Source: an uncultured Acidobacteriota bacterium
Lineage (GTDB): Bacteria; Acidobacteriota; Vicinamibacteria; Fen-336
Assembly (NCBI GenBank): GCA_963720545.1
Contig: OY970399.1
Span: 192,001 to 256,000 of the forward strand
Direction of reading: 5' to 3'
DNA length: 64,000 bases
Every line of letters begins with the position of its first letter. Positions within the stretch are counted from its first letter, which is position 1. Below are positions 31,301 to 44,489 of this stretch, one piece after another. The translations under genes were made by a program, and so were the position numbers. A model generated the notes under the pieces. That model did no database searches and was not told the origin of the DNA. It saw only the letters and a program-made list of their open reading frames with translations.

Positions 31301-34300
31301 GAGGCGCGCAGCGAGGAGTCGAGGTAGAGGGTGCGCGACGCGAGGCGGTCGTAGAGCTGCGCCTCGTCGCCCGAGATGCCGAGGTGGCGCAGCGTCATCT
31401 GCGCCTGCGTGTAGGCGAGGGCCAGCACCCGCGCGGCCGCCGCCGGGTCGTTGTACTTCTGCGCGAGGCCGTTCGCGACATCGCGGTCGTGGGTGAGGCC
31501 CATCGCGAAGCTGAGGCGCGCGCGGCTGCGCGGTCCGAGACGCAGCCGGTGCCGCAGGCTGACGATCGGGTCGAGCACGGCGCCGGTTGTGCCGGTCAAA
31601 GGCCGTCCGCCGAGCGCCTGAGCTTCGTGCAGCTCGCGGCTGCGGCCGAGGAATTTCGCGCGGTCGGTCTCCCATTCGACCGGCCCGGTGAGCCGCCCCT
31701 CGACCGCCAGTACGTGCACGCCAAAAGTCAGCGGGTCTTCCTTCTTGCGCGGCCGCCGCCGGCAGACGATGGCGTGGCTCGCGGACAGATAGGTGGTGTC
31801 GACGAACAGTTTGCCGAACGCGGGGTGCGCGAAGTCGTCGGCGGCCGGCCCGAGCACCACCTCGGCATAGCTCGTCACCTCGATCTCGCGCGCGCGGTCG
31901 CTGCGGTTCGTAAGCGTCAGGCGGCGCACCTCGACGTCGTCCTCGGGCGAGACCGCAATCTCGAGCACCGACTCGATGTCGTCCTGCAGGCGGCGAAAGG
32001 TCGCCTTCTGCGGCAGGAAAGTGACGAGGTACTCCTCCGGTTCGCGGTCCGCGGGATGGAAGGCCGGCGACCACACCGAGCCGTCGCGCACGTCGCGGAT
32101 GAACATCGACAGCCCGGGCGTGTCGCGCGTCGGATCCTCGCGCGGCCGCGTCACCGCGATCCCCCGGCACGCTGAGGCGCCGCCGCCGGCGTTGGTGACG
32201 ATCACGGTATAGGCGCCGTTCGAGAGGAAGTGCGCGTGTGGGTGAGCGGTGTGCGGCGAGCGGAAGCGTCGCGAGGAGAGGCTCGGCGCAGCGACCACAA
32301 CGCGGGTCTCCTCGGCCGGCCGCGGGTTCTGCGTCGCGAGGCCGCGCGGCACCCGCTCCTGCAGCAGCAACTCGGTCGCCTGCACCCGCGGGTCGGCGTG
32401 GAAGCGCCGCGTCATCGAGCAGGCGTCGAGGACGTTGGCGATGGCGCCAATGGTCATGCCCTGGTGGTGGGCGAGGTAGGCGCGCACCACCACCGCCTCT
32501 GGACGGTTGCCGCCGGTGTGGGCGCCATCGGCGGCCGCCTCCAGCTCGGTCTTGCGCGGCGTGAAGTCGAGCGCCTCGTAGAAGCCGTACGGACCCTCAC
32601 CGCCGAGCCGGGCGAGCCGCTCGAAGTTGGCGAGCGCGGCGGGCGCATCCACCTGCGCAGCCAGTGCCGTCGCATATGGCGCTATCACGAGTTCGTCGGC
32701 GAGGCCGCGCTTCATGCCGAGCCCGGGGACACCGAAGGCCTTGTATTGATACTGGCCGAGCCGGTCGGTGACCGCGAACCCCGACTCGGACATGCCCCAG
32801 GGCACGCCGCGCGCGACACCGTATCGCTCCTGATGTTTCACCGCCATGCGCGTGGCTCGATCCAGCAGGGTGCCCGGATAGGTCTTCATCAGCAGCATCG
32901 GCATGAGGTACTCGAACATCGTGGCGCTCCACGACAACAGCACCGGCACGCCGTCGACGCTGGTCACCGGGCGGCCGAGCTGGAACCAGTGCGACTGCGG
33001 CACCTGCTCGTTGGCGATGGCGATGAAGCTGGCGAGCCGCGCTTCGGATGCGAGCAGGTCGTAGTACGAGGTGTCGAGCCGTCCGGACGCGCCGTGGTCG
33101 CCCAGCTGATAGCCGATGGAGAACAGCTTGCGGCCGCCGTCGTAGAGGAAGCCGAAGTCCATGTCCCGCGCCATGGCTTCGCAGCGCTCGGCCAGTGCCA
33201 CGAGCGCCGGGCGATCGGTCGGCAGCTGCGCGCGCCGCTCGACCAGATCCTGCGACTGCGCGAGCATGCGCGTCCAGTATTCGACTTCGGGGTCGAAGTT
33301 GCGGCGGTTGCGGGCGGCGTGGGCGCGCGCTACCTGCAGCAATTCCTCGGCGTCCTCAACTCCGCCCGCCAGCCGGTCGTTGGGGTCGGGGCGCTCCGCG
33401 ATCTCGAGCAGCCCCTGCGCGAGCGCCATCAGCACGCCCGCGAGGTTGCCGCTGTCCACGGTGGACACGTAGCGCGGCAAGAGCGGCGCCAGCGACGACG
33501 TCTCGTACCAGTTGAGCAGGTGGCCGCGGAAGTGCTCCATGCTGCCAAGCGTCGTCAGCGTGCGGCGCAGGCGTTCCTCGAGCGAGGCGGTGTCGAGATA
33601 GCCGAGGTCGTGAGCGGCGAGCGTCGCGAGCAGGCCCATCGCGATGTCGGTGGGCGAGGTGCGGCGCGCCACCATCCGGCCCGGCTCCTCCTGCAGGTTG
33701 TCGGGGGGCAGGAAATGGTCGGCCTCACCGACCAGTTCGTCGAAGTAGCGCCAGGTCTTGCGGGCGATCATGCGCCAGCGCGTGCGTTCGTCGGAGGTGA
33801 GCGCCCGTGGCTGCGGCGCGACCGCGCGTTGGCTGAGGAGGTAGGCGACGAGCGGCGCCACCAGCCAGAGCAGCAGGATCGGCGCTGCCGCCGCCGGGGC
33901 GCCGTGCCCGGCCGCGAGCACAAAGGGCACGAGCGCCAGCGCGATCGCGGGACTCGCGACCATCTCGACGGCAAAGGCGCGCAGCCCGGCGAGGCCCACC
34001 AGGTGGCGGGTACGGGCCTGGCTGGCGGCGGCCGTCTCCCATTCGAGCATCCGCCGGCGGGTCACCAGCACGCGCACCAGCGTCAGGCCGATCGCGTGCA
34101 GCATGGCCGCGGCCTGGTACGCGAGGAACGTCAAGGTGATCGCCCACTGCGCGAGCGCCGTGCCGATCTCCTCGACCAGGTAACGCGCCCACACCGTCGC
34201 GCGCTCGCCGCGGCGCGGCCGCAGCACCCCGGGGATCTTGAAGAACGCGGGGAAGGCGAGCACCGCGAGCAGCGCCGCGGTCCACATCCACGGCGCGCCC

Positions 34301-36804
34301 GGGAAGAAGGTCCAGGCGCCCGCCAGGAACGCGACGTAGCATGGCGGCACCAGGCTGCGGCGCAGGTTGTCGAAGATCTTGAAGCGGCTGATGGCCGGCA
34401 GGGTGTTGCGCTCGACGCCGCCGCGCACCGGCACGAACGGCGACAGCCAGCGCAGGATCTGCCAGTCGCCCCGCACCCAGCGGTGCTGGCGGCGCGCATG
34501 GGCCAGCACGCTCGCCGGGTAGTCGTCCACGAGTTCGACGTCGCTGACGAGCGCGGTGCGCGCGTACAGGCCCTCGAACAGGTCGTGGGAGAGGAGGGCG
34601 TTCTCCGGGACGCGGCCCTCGAGCGCAGCGTTGAAGGCATCGATCTCGATGAGGCCCTTGCCGGTGAAGATGCCCTCACCGAACAGGTCCTGGTAGGCGT
34701 CGGAGACGGCGGACGTGTATGGATCGACGCCGGTATGGCCCGCGTACAACCGGGCGAATATGGAGCCGGCCGCGCTCTCGAAGGTGACGCTGACGCGCGG
34801 CTGCAGGATGCCGTAGCCCTCGACCACGCGGCCCACGCCCGCCTCGAATGCGGGCCGGTTCAGCGGATGGTCGGCGATGCCGATGAGGGTGCGCGCGGCC
34901 TCGCGCGGCAGGCGCGTGTCGCGATCGAGCGTGATGAGGTAGCGGAAGTGCGGCAGCGTCTCGAACAGCCTGGCGTCGTGCTCGTAGCTGGTGTCGGTCG
35001 CGCCGCGCAGCAGCCGCGCAAACTCCTCGATCTTGCCGCGCTTGCGCTCCCAGCCCATCCAGATGCCTTCGCTCTCGCTGAAGCGCCGTTCGCGATGGAA
35101 GAACCAGAAGCGCTCGCCGCCGTTGCCGTTGTGCCGGGCGTTCAACTCGCGCACCGCATCGCGCGCGGCGCCGACGATTGCCGCATCTTCCGGCTCGCGC
35201 GGCCGGGTCGAGTCGCTGAAGTCGGCGAGCACCGCGAAATGAATGTTGGCATCCGAGTTGCCGAGCGCCTGCACTTCGAGGTGCTCGAACAGGGCCACCG
35301 CGGCGGCAACACTGTCGAGGATGGTCGGCACCACCACCAGCGTGCGCGCCGTGTCGGGCACGCCGCCGTCGAAACTGAAGCGCGGCAGCCGGCGCGGCGC
35401 GGCCAGCGCCGCCACCAGCCGCTGCACCAGCCCGACCGCGAGTTCCGACGCCGGCATCAGCGCCAGCAGGCAGGTCCAGACGACGGTGGCCTTGCCGGCG
35501 CCCGCGGCATCGGCGGCCGCGAACGCGGCCGCCACGCCCAGCAACGTCAGCAGCGTGATCGCGCCGAGGTAGGCGGTGGTCGCATTCCGGAACACCAGGC
35601 GCCGCAGCGCGGCACCGGGCTTCGGCGAGTGGCGCACCAGCTTCTCGAAGTCGGAGCGGCCGCGGCCGATGAGGTGATAGCCGACGTGGCTGGCGCGGGC
35701 ATCGCCCCCGGGCGCCGTTGCGGCGCCGCGCCCGAGCATCTCGCGCCCGGCGTCGACCGCCTGGCGCGCCACCGCCACCTGCTCGTCGCCGGAGCGGCCG
35801 GCGATCTCCTCGACCGCCGCGCGATAGCGGTCACGGCTCTCGAAGGTCATGCGCGAATAGGCGCCGGAGGGGTCGCCCTGCAGCACCTGCTCCACGAGGC
35901 TGACTCTCTCGATGAAAGCCGACCAGTTGAGCGTCGCGCAAAGCCGCAGGCTGGTGATGGTGTTGCCGATCGAGACCTGCACCGCGGCGTGCGTCTGCTG
36001 ATCGGCGCGCACCGCGTCCTCGGTGTTTTGCCCGGCGGCGGCGAAGCGCGCCTCGAGGCGGCTGCGAAACGCCGCGACCCTGGGGCCGTGCTCGCGCAGG
36101 CGCGCGAGCAGCTCGACGAGGAAGGCGGGCGAAAACACCTGCGGCAGTTCGGGAAGGGCGTCGGCATCGCCGCCGCTCTCGAGCGGCTCCATGTAGCGCG
36201 CGGCCGCGACGTGATCGGCGCGCGAGGCGAGCAGCACGTCGCAGATGCGCCGCAGATGCTCGATGAGCGCGGTTTTCACGACGCTCGGCCATGCCCAAAG
36301 TTCGCCCAGGCTCAGCGGCGCCACGCTCTGGAAGAGAGCCAGGAACCGTTCGAGGCGATAGGCGTCGATGCGCGCGTCGCTGTGCTCGACCACGTCGAGG
36401 GCGAGGGCGTAGATCCGCGCGCGCCCGGCGAACGGCACGGCGTCGCGGTCGCCGGCAACGATCGGCAGCTGCAGGTGATAGGCGGCGGGCAGGTCGCGGC
36501 GGATGCCGACGATCTCCGCCTCGACGAGGTGATAGTTGTCGAGCAGCCACTCGGCGGCGGGCGGAATCGCCTCGCGGCGCACGTCTTCGGAGAAGGTCAG
36601 GTAGGCGCGGCGCAGCACGCGGGCGTTTTCGTCGAGGCGCCGGCCGTGGGCGCGGACGCTGGCGCGCGACCGCGTCGCCGAGGTTGCCATTTCGAGCGCC
36701 AACTGGCGGCCGCGCTGCTCGAGGCGCTCGAGGTTGAGGAGCTCGCCGCGGGGCGGAAGCACTACGCCTGCTGGCGGCGGTGTCGGCGTGGAGGCGGCTT
36801 TCAT
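28387..36804 (-). CDS. ndvB: Cyclic beta-1,2-glucan synthase (Cgs/NdvB/ChvB type), 2805 aa
   Basis: [32 protein letters not shown] (GT84); [16 protein letters not shown] (central glucoamylase-like domain); [39 protein letters not shown] (GH94). Confidence 0.93.
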   Translation of the reverse strand: MKAASTPTPPPAGVVLPPRGELLNLERLEQRGRQLALEMATSATRSRASVRAHGRRLDENARVLRRAYLTFSEDVRREAIPPAAEWLLDNYHLVEAEIVGIRRDLPAAYHLQLPIVAGDRDAVPFAGRARIYALALDVVEHSDARIDAYRLERFLALFQSVAPLSLGELWAWPSVVKTALIEHLRRICDVLLASRADHVAAARYMEPLESGGDADALPELPQVFSPAFLVELLARLREHGPRVAAFRSRLEARFAAAGQNTEDAVRADQQTHAAVQVSIGNTITSLRLCATLNWSAFIERVSLVEQVLQGDPSGAYSRMTFESRDRYRAAVEEIAGRSGDEQVAVARQAVDAGREMLGRGAATAPGGDARASHVGYHLIGRGRSDFEKLVRHSPKPGAALRRLVFRNATTAYLGAITLLTLLGVAAAFAAADAAGAGKATVVWTCLLALMPASELAVGLVQRLVAALAAPRRLPRFSFDGGVPDTARTLVVVPTILDSVAAAVALFEHLEVQALGNSDANIHFAVLADFSDSTRPREPEDAAIVGAARDAVRELNARHNGNGGERFWFFHRERRFSESEGIWMGWERKRGKIEEFARLLRGATDTSYEHDARLFETLPHFRYLITLDRDTRLPREAARTLIGIADHPLNRPAFEAGVGRVVEGYGILQPRVSVTFESAAGSIFARLYAGHTGVDPYTSAVSDAYQDLFGEGIFTGKGLIEIDAFNAALEGRVPENALLSHDLFEGLYARTALVSDVELVDDYPASVLAHARRQHRWVRGDWQILRWLSPFVPVRGGVERNTLPAISRFKIFDNLRRSLVPPCYVAFLAGAWTFFPGAPWMWTAALLAVLAFPAFFKIPGVLRPRRGERATVWARYLVEEIGTALAQWAITLTFLAYQAAAMLHAIGLTLVRVLVTRRRMLEWETAAASQARTRHLVGLAGLRAFAVEMVASPAIALALVPFVLAAGHGAPAAAAPILLLWLVAPLVAYLLSQRAVAPQPRALTSDERTRWRMIARKTWRYFDELVGEADHFLPPDNLQEEPGRMVARRTSPTDIAMGLLATLAAHDLGYLDTASLEERLRRTLTTLGSMEHFRGHLLNWYETSSLAPLLPRYVSTVDSGNLAGVLMALAQGLLEIAERPDPNDRLAGGVEDAEELLQVARAHAARNRRNFDPEVEYWTRMLAQSQDLVERRAQLPTDRPALVALAERCEAMARDMDFGFLYDGGRKLFSIGYQLGDHGASGRLDTSYYDLLASEARLASFIAIANEQVPQSHWFQLGRPVTSVDGVPVLLSWSATMFEYLMPMLLMKTYPGTLLDRATRMAVKHQERYGVARGVPWGMSESGFAVTDRLGQYQYKAFGVPGLGMKRGLADELVIAPYATALAAQVDAPAALANFERLARLGGEGPYGFYEALDFTPRKTELEAAADGAHTGGNRPEAVVVRAYLAHHQGMTIGAIANVLDACSMTRRFHADPRVQATELLLQERVPRGLATQNPRPAEETRVVVAAPSLSSRRFRSPHTAHPHAHFLSNGAYTVIVTNAGGGASACRGIAVTRPREDPTRDTPGLSMFIRDVRDGSVWSPAFHPADREPEEYLVTFLPQKATFRRLQDDIESVLEIAVSPEDDVEVRRLTLTNRSDRAREIEVTSYAEVVLGPAADDFAHPAFGKLFVDTTYLSASHAIVCRRRPRKKEDPLTFGVHVLAVEGRLTGPVEWETDRAKFLGRSRELHEAQALGGRPLTGTTGAVLDPIVSLRHRLRLGPRSRARLSFAMGLTHDRDVANGLAQKYNDPAAAARVLALAYTQAQMTLRHLGISGDEAQLYDRLASRTLYLDSSLRASARERAQNQLGQAGLWPHGISGDLPILLVRVVEEDDLPLVRQCLQAQEYWRLKGWSADLVILNEHPASYRDEMHQQLATLLESGPWTSYKDRPGGAYLLRGESLPPAERQLLAAVARVVLNGERGDLASQLDRPVAAEAPLEEFDVSDAPAAAGARQQRPRLRFDNGYGGFSNDGREYVVVTEGEGDTPLPWVNVLANPGFGTIVSASGATFTWSENSRENRLTRFANDAVLDPSGELFFLRDEERRTVWGAVPASSARGSVAGRYLCRHGAGYTTFAHERDGIEHELSVFVAPREPVKYSVLTVRNNGDAPRRLCAFAYAEWVLGQPRADTEDYVVTEFDEETAAVLATNPFTSEFPGRTAFLVASERPASATGDRTEFVGRNQAPHRPAALRRHVLAGRFGAGLDPCAALQVRIDLAPGETRSVVFAIGQAQDREQALRLVREHTSLDAAGAARAAGNAHWDGLLGAIEVATPDDSFDMVVNRWFLYQTVACRLFTRSGYYQPGGAFGFRDQLQDSLALTLVRPEMLRGQVLTAAARQFREGDVQHWWHPHTGRGTRTRCSDDLLWLPYAAAHYVAATGDSALLDESVPFLQGELLAPGEQEAYRPASPAKEEASVFEHCLRAIDKALTVGPHGLPLMGSGDWNDGMNRVGEEGRGESVWVGWFLASLLRTFAPICDVRGDEPRGARYRAEAARLGDMMEHAWDGEWYRRAYFDDGTPLGTKQAEQCRIDSIAQSWSVISGIAPRQRAERAMDAVRTRLIQRAASLILLLEPPFEAPVHDPGYIAAYPPGVRENGGQYTHAALWVILALARLGSGDEAMEMFHMVNPVNHARTRAEADRYKVEPYVIAGDVYALADQGGRGGWTWYTGSAGWAYRIGTEEILGLRRRGDTFTLDPCIPSVWPGFSMKWRVDGTLYEIEVTNPDSLCRGVAEATLDGENVDPAAIPLSSGGAGQRTRLVKIRLGVPASPV

Positions 36805-36908
36805 TTACCTTTCGGGCGTCTTTAGTTCATTCGCTGCGCACCTCGACGCCGGCCGCCTTGCAGCGATTTGCGTTTCATGACGTTGTCGCTATTTCTGGCA
36901 GCCGAAAA

Positions 36909-36924
36909 AGCAACGCTCGTGCCA
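36909..36924 (-). promoter_or_regulatory. Putative sigma-54 promoter for the cyclic glucan synthase
   Basis: Minus strand TGGCACGAGCGTTGCT, a full match to TGGCACG-N4-TTGCW. Confidence 0.8.
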
Positions 36925-37031
36925 TCCGCGGCGGCCTGGAATGAGCGGCTTTGGCGCGTAGGGCGGCAGCGGCGCTCGCGCAATCTACAAAACTCATTAA
37001 ACCACGGATCAAAGGCCCGATGTCGCCTTTT

Positions 37032-37047
37032 CGGCACGCGGCTTGCT
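37032..37047 (+). promoter_or_regulatory. Putative sigma-54 promoter for the sod operon
   Basis: CGGCACGCGGCTTGCT, ending 23 nt before the sod ATG. Confidence 0.75.
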
Positions 37048-37070
37048 GCCCTCCACGGGGAGGAGAACCA

Positions 37071-37688
37071 ATGGCCACCTACGCACTGCCCGACCTCGAT
37101 TACGACTTCGGTGCGCTCGAGCCGCACATCTCGGGCCGGATCATGGAACTGCACCACGACCAGCATCACAAGACCTACGTCAAGAACGCGAACGACGCCC
37201 TCGACAAGCTCGAGGAAGCCCGCGGCGCGAACGACTTCAAGGGCATCGCGGCATTGCAGCGAGCTCTGGCGTTCAACGTTTCCGGCCATGTCCTGCACTC
37301 GCTCTTCTGGAAGAACCTCGTGCCCAAGGGCGGAGAAAAGCCGGCGGGGGAGCTGGCGGCGCTCATCGATCGCGACTTTGGGTCTTTCGTCGCCTTCAAG
37401 GCGCAACTGTCGGAAGTGGCGGCAACGCTCATGGGCTCGGGATGGGCGGCCCTTGTCTACGAACCGGTTTCGCAGCGGCTCATGACGACGCAGGTCTACG
37501 ACCACCAGTCGAACGTCAACCAGGGCAGCGCGCCGCTGATGGTGATCGACGCCTGGGAGCACGCGTACTACCTGCAGTACGAGAACCGCAAGGGCGAGTT
37601 CTTCAAGGCTGTGTGGTCGCTATGGAATTGGGATGACGTCGCTGCGCGGCTCACGGCCGCGCAGGCGCTGATTGTAGAAACGTCGTGA
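37071..37688 (+). CDS. sod: Fe/Mn superoxide dismutase
   Basis: LP.L.YD..ALEPHIS, HHDQHH.TYV, H.LHSLFW, GSGW, DAWEHAYYLQY; GGAGGAG RBS. Confidence 0.95.
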   Translation: MATYALPDLDYDFGALEPHISGRIMELHHDQHHKTYVKNANDALDKLEEARGANDFKGIAALQRALAFNVSGHVLHSLFWKNLVPKGGEKPAGELAALIDRDFGSFVAFKAQLSEVAATLMGSGWAALVYEPVSQRLMTTQVYDHQSNVNQGSAPLMVIDAWEHAYYLQYENRKGEFFKAVWSLWNWDDVAARLTAAQALIVETS

Positions 37689-37702
37689 ACCGCGGAGGCG
37701 CG

Positions 37703-38467
37703 ATGAAGCCCGAACGCACGTCGGACAAAAAGAAGAAAAAAGATGACAAGGCGCCGCAGAACGCACCCTTGACCGAAGGCCTGAACACGTTCGATCGCGA
37801 TCGCGCCGGTTCGCTCGCCGACGAGGGCGGCGGCGCCGGCGCGACGATCGAGACGGAAGCGGAACTTCAGCAGGAGACAGAAGAGCAACGCGAAAGCGAC
37901 GAAAAGCCGCGCAAGCAGCCCGGCAAGGCCTCAGCCGCCCTTCTGGTTGCGGCGTTCCTGTCCTTGGCCGGCGCGGCCCACGCCGAAACGTACGCGACGC
38001 CCTTCGCGGCGCTCGCGTTCTCGGGCGACACCGACGACTCGAAGATCACCTGGGGCGGCGGGCTCACGTTCGCACCGCAAGGCGGCGGACTCGGCTTCAA
38101 CGTCGACTTCGCCAAGACGCCGGACTTCTTCGGCTCGAGCGGCGTCATCGACAACAGCGTCACCACACTCACCGGCAACCTGGTCTTGATCTCGTCGGGG
38201 CGCACCCGCTTCTACGCGGTTGGCGGTGGCGGCCTGCTGAAGACGCGCGTCAGCGGCGCCAACGGCCTGTTCGACATCGACAGCAACGACTTCGGCATCG
38301 ACGCCGGCGCCGGGCTGCTCGCGGGCGGCGACGGGCCGATCGGGCTGCAGGCAGACTTACGCTACTTCCGCGCGCTGCGCGATCCCGAGCCCGACGACGA
38401 ATTCGACGTCGATTTCGGAGAGCTCGATTACTGGCGCGCTTCGCTTGGCGTCTCGATCCGGTTCTGA
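37703..38467 (+). CDS. Outer membrane beta-barrel protein with long charged N-terminal extension
   Basis: GGAGG RBS; ~75 charged residues, then a signal-like ASAALLVAAFLSLAGAAHA, beta-strands and C-terminal GVSIRF. Confidence 0.7.
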   Translation: MKPERTSDKKKKKDDKAPQNAPLTEGLNTFDRDRAGSLADEGGGAGATIETEAELQQETEEQRESDEKPRKQPGKASAALLVAAFLSLAGAAHAETYATPFAALAFSGDTDDSKITWGGGLTFAPQGGGLGFNVDFAKTPDFFGSSGVIDNSVTTLTGNLVLISSGRTRFYAVGGGGLLKTRVSGANGLFDIDSNDFGIDAGAGLLAGGDGPIGLQADLRYFRALRDPEPDDEFDVDFGELDYWRASLGVSIRF

Positions 38468-38519
38468 CTCTCAAGTAAGACGAATGCTCAGCGCAATCAA
38501 AATCCCAAGGAGGTTCGAA

Positions 38520-38744
38520 TTGGCGGCACGAAAGAAGTCCAGCAAGCGTTATGGAGAGAAGGCGGGCACCAAGGTGGAGCGCGCGATGCACGAAATGAAG
38601 CGCGGCAAGCTGCGCTCCGGCGGCTCTGGCAAGAAGGTCACGAGCCGCAAGCAGGCGATCGCAATCGGGCTCTCCGAGGCGCGCAAGGCCGGCGGCAAGG
38701 TACCCAAGGCGCCAAAGCGAAAGAGCCGTAAGAGCGGCAGCTGA
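38520..38744 (+). CDS. DUF6496-like small basic protein
   Basis: KVE.AMHE.K.GKLRSG.SGKKVTSRKQAIAIGLSEAR; AGGAGG RBS before a TTG start. Confidence 0.8.
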   Translation: MAARKKSSKRYGEKAGTKVERAMHEMKRGKLRSGGSGKKVTSRKQAIAIGLSEARKAGGKVPKAPKRKSRKSGS

Positions 38745-38760
38745 CGCTGCGGCGGGCTTC

Positions 38761-41373
<2,613 letters not shown>

Positions 41374-41402
41374 CGCATCGGCCGCGGCGCCCTCCTGCAG
41401 CC

Positions 41403-42419
41403 TCAGCCGAAGAAGACTTCGGCTTCGGCGAACTGCACGAGGTCCAGGACCTTGTGTCCGGAGGTCGCCTCGGCCAGCGGCACGCCGACGATGTTCGGGC
41501 CCTGCAGGGCGACCATCTCGCCGAAGCGGCCGGCCAGCACGAACTCGACGGCGTGCAGGCCGAAGCGCGTCGCCAGGATGCGGTCGAAGGCGGTCGGCGA
41601 ACCGCCCCTCTGGATGTGCCCCAGCACCGTCACGCGCGTCTCGACGTGCAGGCGCGCCTCGATCTCGCGGGCGACGCGGTAGGCGATCCCCGAGTCGCGG
41701 CCTTCGCCCACGTGGTCGGGCCGCTCTTCACCGGCGGGGAAGGCGCCCTCGGCAACCACCACCACGGAAAAAGAGCGCCCGCGCTGCTTGCGCGCCTGCA
41801 GCACCTGGCACATGTCCTCGAAGCGGAACGGCTTCTCGGGAACCAGGATGTAGTCGGCGCCGCCGGCGAGGCCGCCGTACGCAGCGATCCAGCCGACGCG
41901 GCGGCCCATGACCTCGACCACCATCACGCGGTGGTGGCTCTCGGCGGTCGTGTGCAGCCGGTCCACCGCGTCGCGCACGATGTTGACCGCGGTGTCGAAA
42001 CCAAACGTGTAGTCGGTGCCCTTCAGGTCGTTGTCGATCGTCTTCGGCACGCCGACCACCGGCACGCCGCGCTCGTGCAGGTCGCGCGCCGCCGACAGCG
42101 TGCCGTCGCCGCCCACCACGATCAGCGCCTCGATGCCGAAGCGCTGGATGTTGGCCAGGACCACCTGCAGGTCTTCGACGTTGCTCACCGGGTTGACCCG
42201 CGACGTGCCGAGGATGGTGCCGCCCTTCGGCAGGATGCCGCTCACCGAAAATGCCGTGAGCGGCTCCACTTCTCCCTTCACCAGGCCGAGGAAACCGTTG
42301 CGGATCCCGAGCACCTGGATCCTCTCCGGCAGGGTGCGCCTCACGACAGCCCGGATCACGGCGTTGAGGCCGGGGCAATCGCCGCCTCCGGTCAGGATTC
42401 CGATCCTGGAGATGCTCAT
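41403..42419 (-). CDS. pfkA: 6-phosphofructokinase
   Basis: ILTGGGDCPGLN, GGDGT, PKTIDND, EVMGR, LGHIQRGG. Confidence 0.95.
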   Translation of the reverse strand: MSISRIGILTGGGDCPGLNAVIRAVVRRTLPERIQVLGIRNGFLGLVKGEVEPLTAFSVSGILPKGGTILGTSRVNPVSNVEDLQVVLANIQRFGIEALIVVGGDGTLSAARDLHERGVPVVGVPKTIDNDLKGTDYTFGFDTAVNIVRDAVDRLHTTAESHHRVMVVEVMGRRVGWIAAYGGLAGGADYILVPEKPFRFEDMCQVLQARKQRGRSFSVVVVAEGAFPAGEERPDHVGEGRDSGIAYRVAREIEARLHVETRVTVLGHIQRGGSPTAFDRILATRFGLHAVEFVLAGRFGEMVALQGPNIVGVPLAEATSGHKVLDLVQFAEAEVFFG

Positions 42420-42453
42420 CGCGAAAAGAATTATAAGCTGCATGCCACGGGCC

Positions 42454-43113
42454 ATGCGGACGGTACTGGCGGTAGACACGAGCAGCGAACATGGCAGCGC
42501 CGCGCTGCACACCGCCGCAGGTGCCGGTTTTGCCGATGAATGGACCGGCACCAACAGCCATTCGACGCGGCTCGTCACGCGTATCGAAGCCCTGCTGGCG
42601 CAGGCCGGCATCGGCATCGCCGGCATCGAGCTGCTCGCCGGCTGTGTCGGCCCCGGCAGCTACACCGGCCTGCGCGTCGGCCTCTCGGCGGTCACGGGAT
42701 TGTCGATCGTTGCGACCATTCCCGCGCTTGGCATTTCCTGCCTGCAGGCGATCGCCTGGTCGGTGGCGCCGGCTGCCGGGCCGATCCTCGCGGTGCGCAA
42801 CGGCTTCCGGCGCGACCTCTTCCACCAGCTCTTCGACGCCGCCGGCGAGCCGCTCGGCCCGCCGGGCTTGCTGCCGCTCGATGCCCTGGGAACGCTGCTG
42901 CTGCCGGCCGATGCCACGATTGCCGGCGACTGCGGCGAGGAAGCCGGCGAGCGGCTGCGCGAGGCGTTCCCGGTGACGCCGCTCGACTCGCGGGTGCGGG
43001 CCCTGGCCCCGGCGATGGCCGAACGCGCGGGCGCGCGCCCGTTCATGGAGATGGCGCCGCTCACTCCGCTCTACATTCGCCCGGTGGACATCGGCGTGCC
43101 GCGGCCGCGCTAA
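42454..43113 (+). CDS. tsaB: tRNA threonylcarbamoyladenosine biosynthesis protein TsaB
   Basis: LAVDTS, GPGSYTGLRVG, PLYIR. Confidence 0.9.
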   Translation: MRTVLAVDTSSEHGSAALHTAAGAGFADEWTGTNSHSTRLVTRIEALLAQAGIGIAGIELLAGCVGPGSYTGLRVGLSAVTGLSIVATIPALGISCLQAIAWSVAPAAGPILAVRNGFRRDLFHQLFDAAGEPLGPPGLLPLDALGTLLLPADATIAGDCGEEAGERLREAFPVTPLDSRVRALAPAMAERAGARPFMEMAPLTPLYIRPVDIGVPRPR

Positions 43114-43118
43114 GGCCC

Positions 43119-43556
43119 TTGGAGGTCGCTGCCGCAGCGGCGCGCGACGTCCCGCGCCTTTGCGAACTCGCGGCGCTGGCGTTCGCGGATCCATGGCAGG
43201 AGCAGGACTTCCGCGATGCCTTGCAGGATACGCCGCGCACGCTGGTGCTCGTGGCGCGGCAGGCCGGGCACGACGCCGCCGGATACGTCGTGTGTCGCGT
43301 GGCGGCCGACGAGATGGAGATCCTCGACCTTGCCGTGGCGGCGGAGCGGCGCCGCTCGGGCATCGGACGCGCGCTGGTGGCGGCGGCGATGCGCGCGGCG
43401 GAAGGGGCTTCGGTGCGCTCGATCTACCTCGAAGTGCGCGAAAGCAACGCGGCGGCGCGCGCCCTTTACACAGGCGCCGGGTTCACCGTGCACTCACGCC
43501 GGCGAGGCTATTACAGCAATCCGAGCGAGGACGCCTTAGTTTTGAAACATCCTTGA
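43119..43556 (+). CDS. rimI: Ribosomal-protein-alanine N-acetyltransferase
   Basis: F.DPW, LAV...RRSGIG, LEVRESN..A..LY, RRGYY...EDA; follows tsaB. Start uncertain. Confidence 0.88.
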   Translation: MEVAAAAARDVPRLCELAALAFADPWQEQDFRDALQDTPRTLVLVARQAGHDAAGYVVCRVAADEMEILDLAVAAERRRSGIGRALVAAAMRAAEGASVRSIYLEVRESNAAARALYTGAGFTVHSRRRGYYSNPSEDALVLKHP

Positions 43557-43581
43557 AATCGCTTCGTCACGGTGCTACTTT
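43553..43581 (+). promoter_or_regulatory. Putative sigma-70 promoter for the DUF465-like gene
   Basis: TTGAAA-17 nt-TACTTT with an extended TG. Confidence 0.5.
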
Positions 43582-43607
43582 GCAGGCAATCGACTAAGGA
43601 GGTAGCC

Positions 43608-43820
43608 ATGGCTGAGGTCGGGTCCCAGGGCGAGGTCGAGCAAGACGAGTATCACCGACTGGTCCGGGAGCATCACAGCTACGAAGACCGCTTGCAGACG
43701 CTGAGCAGCAAGCCGGCGCTCACCGAAGACGAAGAAGTGGAAGAGCGGCTCCTGAAGAAGAAGAAGCTCCACATCAAGGACCGGCTCGAATCCATGGGCC
43801 GCGTGCTGCACGGCCACTGA
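43608..43820 (+). CDS. YdcH/DUF465 family small coiled-coil protein
   Basis: L..EH..Y...L and LKKKKLHIKDRL; AAGGAGG RBS. Confidence 0.8.
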   Translation: MAEVGSQGEVEQDEYHRLVREHHSYEDRLQTLSSKPALTEDEEVEERLLKKKKLHIKDRLESMGRVLHGH

Positions 43821-43874
43821 CCGCAAAAAAGAGGTTCCCGGGCCCCGCCAGGCAGTTGGTTTAAGCTGCCTGCG

Positions 43875-44489
43875 ATGTCCATCGCGAAGGAAGGATGGCC
43901 CTACGCCATTGGCCTGGGCGGCGCCGGCGCCGCAGCCGCCTTCTGGTCCGTTCCGCTGGCCGTCGTGTTCGCTTCACTTGCCGCCTTCGTGCTGTTTTTC
44001 TTTCGCGACCCGGAACGCGCCGTGCCGGCCGGCGAGGCGCTCGTCGTCTCGCCCGCCGACGGCAAGGTGGTGCGCGCCGAACTGCGCGCCGAGGGCGCCT
44101 CGGTTTCGATCTTCCTCTCGATCTTCAACGTGCACGTCAACCGTGCGCCGATCGCCGGCGTCATCCACGACGTGCGCTACCAGACGGGCGCCTTCCACGC
44201 CGCCTTCGACCCGCGCGCCTCGCCGGACAACGAGCAGAACGTGGTGACGGTGCGCGGCGCCGCGCATGACGTGGTGTTCAAGCAGATCGCCGGCCTGATC
44301 GCGCGGCGCATCGTGTTCAGGAAGAAGCTCAACGACCAGGTGCTGCGCGGCGAGCGCGTCGGCCTCATCAAGTTCGGCAGCCGCGTCGACATCGAGCTGC
44401 CGCCGGGCACGACGCTGCGCGTTGCGGTGGGCGAGCGGGTGCGGGCGGCCGCCTCGGTGATCGCCGAGCTGCCGCAGGCGCGTCCGTGA
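43875..44489 (+). CDS. psd: Phosphatidylserine decarboxylase proenzyme
   Basis: FFFRDPER, VSPADG, NVHVNRAP, AGLIARRI, FGSRVD self-cleavage site. Confidence 0.93.
   Translation: MSIAKEGWPYAIGLGGAGAAAAFWSVPLAVVFASLAAFVLFFFRDPERAVPAGEALVVSPADGKVVRAELRAEGASVSIFLSIFNVHVNRAPIAGVIHDVRYQTGAFHAAFDPRASPDNEQNVVTVRGAAHDVVFKQIAGLIARRIVFRKKLNDQVLRGERVGLIKFGSRVDIELPPGTTLRVAVGERVRAAASVIAELPQARP

Noticed and set aside
29917..36825. Very long plus-strand ORFs (752 and 1531 aa) opposite the glucan synthase; similar ones oppose mutS, dnaE and the kinase
   Set aside because: Antisense shadow ORFs expected from high-GC codon bias; no recognisable motifs.
36822..36878. 18-aa basic ORF (MKRKSLQGGRRRGAQRMN) in the glucan synthase leader
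   Set aside because: No RBS and not coupled to the synthase start; cannot be distinguished from chance.
38526..38541. CGGCACG resembling a sigma-54 -24 element
   Set aside because: No GC at -12 and it lies inside the DUF6496-like coding sequence.
41403..42419. PPi-dependent assignment for the phosphofructokinase
   Set aside because: GGDG (not GGDD) with PKTIDND points to ATP use; phosphoryl donor cannot be settled from sequence alone.
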